Source: Bipalium vagum (Eukaryota). From it: a DNA stretch of 32,880 nt. Under the pieces are notes generated by a model. That model was not told the origin of the DNA. It ran no database searches and saw only the letters and a program-made list of their open reading frames with translations. The translations under genes were made by a program, and so were the position numbers. Location: contig JBBMKC010229416.1 in NCBI GenBank assembly GCA_037834085.1, positions 1-32,880 of the forward strand, read 5' to 3'. Positions 1 through 32,880 of the stretch are shown here, piece by piece; position 1 is the first letter of the stretch; every line of letters begins with the position of its first letter.

Positions 1-70
<70 letters not shown>
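1..70. repeat. (ATT)n microsatellite, truncated by the window start
   Basis: About 23 perfect ATT units read directly. Confidence 0.97.
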
Positions 71-71
<1 letters not shown>

Positions 72-1703
72 ATTTAGTTTTTGATATATTTAATATGAGC
101 TGTTCTCAAAATAATTTTCATAAAAGTTCATTTATTTCAACTTTAATTTAACTGATTAAATGTTAAATTATTTGCTGATATTTAAGATGTAATTCAAACA
201 TAAATATTTAAGGTGATTAAATTACATAATTTATAAAATAATCAGTTTTTTTCGAAATAATTAAGTCATAAGATGATCAATTTGGAGAAATTGATGATTT
301 AGAATTTGGAAGTGAGAGAATTGAGAAGGAGAAATTATATTTTTAAACAGAAAAACAATCTAAATTATAATTTTCATAATTTGAAATTTTCTTTTAATAA
401 CCGAAAGAATTACATTTCTGAAATAGTGAAAAATCAATATTTGGAATATCCTGTAGGTTTTTTTTCATTTTAAATTAGAATAAAGTGATAAGTGAAGAAC
501 ATATATGAATTATACAATCAATCTTTACTACTGTAGAAACCATTGTCTCTATCTATCCACTGTGAAAATCTAAAGTTATAAACTATTTAAATCTAAGTTG
601 GATCTTTACATTGTGAAACCAATAATTACTCAAATAATTTTGAAAATGTATCGAGTATAATACGGGAAAACTAGAACTACAAGCTTTGAAAATATTATGC
701 AGTAATCCGCTTTAAATGAGACGGTGTTCATAGAAAAAGAAACATCATTTTTGGTAGAAAAACTACTTAAATATAAATGATATAATAAATCATAATTATT
801 TTATGTTTGGTTTAAAATTTGATATGACCTCTCCAATCTTTGAATTGAAAAGTTTTTCTAAATATTTAGAAAAAAACATATTGAGAATTTAAAGAGAATT
901 TCGAAAAACATTAATTTTAAAACTTAAATCAAAAGGAAGATTTTTATTTTCTGTAAAGCAGAAAAATTGCGAAATCTCATAAATTTATTGAATAACAATA
1001 TATTAACATTTTAATATACATATAATAAATAAGAAACAAATAATTTTTATCTAATTTTGAAAGACTAAGAGGAAAAATTTTATAATGCACCTAAAAAATT
1101 TTAATAGAATTTACTTAGTTATGTTTTTGTAAATTTAAAAAATTTTCCTATAAACGCAAGATTTTTATTTATTTATTGTATTTATTTTACTTAAATCTCT
1201 TTCTGTAAAGATTCTTTTAAGTATTAAAAATTTATTCAGGAATAATGATACTTTTAAAAATTTTTTTAAAAGGATTTTAATTAGTCTCAATAAAATTATA
1301 TTGAGACTGATTCATTAAATTAAAAAAAAGATTAAAGTATTTATTAATTTATAAATAAGATTAGCTAATCTTTAATATTCTATTAATCTTAACTTTCAAA
1401 ATGAAATTAAACAGTCATTTAAAAATAAATTAATGATCTTTAAATAACTAAAACTTAAAAATTAATTACTGAAAACAGCAAAAAAATATCAAAAACAGTA
1501 TAAGTTTAAAATTTTTAAAAGATAAAAAGAAATTAAATAATTTTTCAAAATGAATTATGTAAGATAGATTTGTTTAAATATATTTTCAAAGTTTATTGGC
1601 TTAGCAAGTATATTTTATTCCAAAATTTTAGCGATTTTTTAAGTTAGATAAAATTAAAAAATTGTTTTTCAAACTATTTTAGCTTTTTAGATTGAATGAT
1701 TAA

Positions 1704-32259
<30,556 letters not shown>

Positions 32260-32793
32260 ATTTAAGATTTCCATGACGATATGTATATCGGTTTGAATGA
32301 TTTTCATGGATCAATAAGAAACTGAGTTAATTTTCAGCTTTAGATGATGATTATGATGAAGACCATTATCATTTCTGGTATTAGTGTTCTTGTGTTAAAG
32401 AAAATTTCTTAAATTTTAAAATGATAGAAAATGAGAAATGCCAATGAAAAGAATTATTGTATCAACTTTGCGAATCAATTTGATAAAATGCAATAAATTA
32501 TTTATTATTTATAATATTGAGTAAATCAAAAAAAATCCATAACTTTGAGAATATCAAAATATTTATATCAACCTTTTTACTGGTTTATTTCTTATATTTG
32601 ATTTAGTTTCTATTATTTTTAGGACAAGGGAGTAATTCTATTGAGCTTTGTGGATTTAATAAGTGAAAGAAAATTCATAAAATCTGAACATTTTTAAAAG
32701 AATATTAATTTTAAGATTTTTCTGAAAACAGTATTTGGAAATGAATTTTGTATATTGAGTAACTATTATATAGTAATATATATATATCTAATA

Positions 32794-32868
32794 CAGTCAA
32801 ACCCGTTTAATAACACACTTCGCATTATATCATTTTATATTTTAGTACCATTTTTTTAGGTTTGACTG
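32794..32868. mobile_element. 75-bp pogo/Tigger-like MITE or internally deleted element
   Basis: TIRs CAGTCAAACC (32794-803) and GGTTTGACTG (32859-868). TA flanks the left end and TG the right. Confidence 0.65.
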
Positions 32869-32880
32869 TGCTGCATTTGA

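Overview
Very AT-rich eukaryotic genomic DNA, with (ATT)n microsatellites, spliceosomal introns and Tc1/mariner relics. The composition suggests a flatworm such as a triclad planarian, but that is inference. Nearly the whole window appears to be one + strand gene for a homeodomain-interacting protein kinase (HIPK). Reading the splice sites by hand gives phase-compatible exons 1710-2812, 2862-2985, 3237-3619, 4261-4915, 5222-5677, 8190-8513, 20767-21097, 22974-23241, 30141-30253 and 31225-31610 (1380 aa). An alternative 3' end is likely: 31225-31602, a 9-nt microexon at 31803-31811 and a last exon at 32186-32259 (1405 aa). The introns hold decayed DNA transposons: a maT/DD37D-type element with a 176-bp copy of nearby intronic DNA inside its ORF, two mariner relics and two DUF4817/Tc3-like relics. 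A 75-bp pogo/Tigger-like MITE lies downstream of the gene. I see no evidence for a wholly new multi-gene system. The best leads are the microexon and alternative C-terminus, the templated insertion, the deletion pattern in the transposases, and short regulatory motifs in the HIPK tail.
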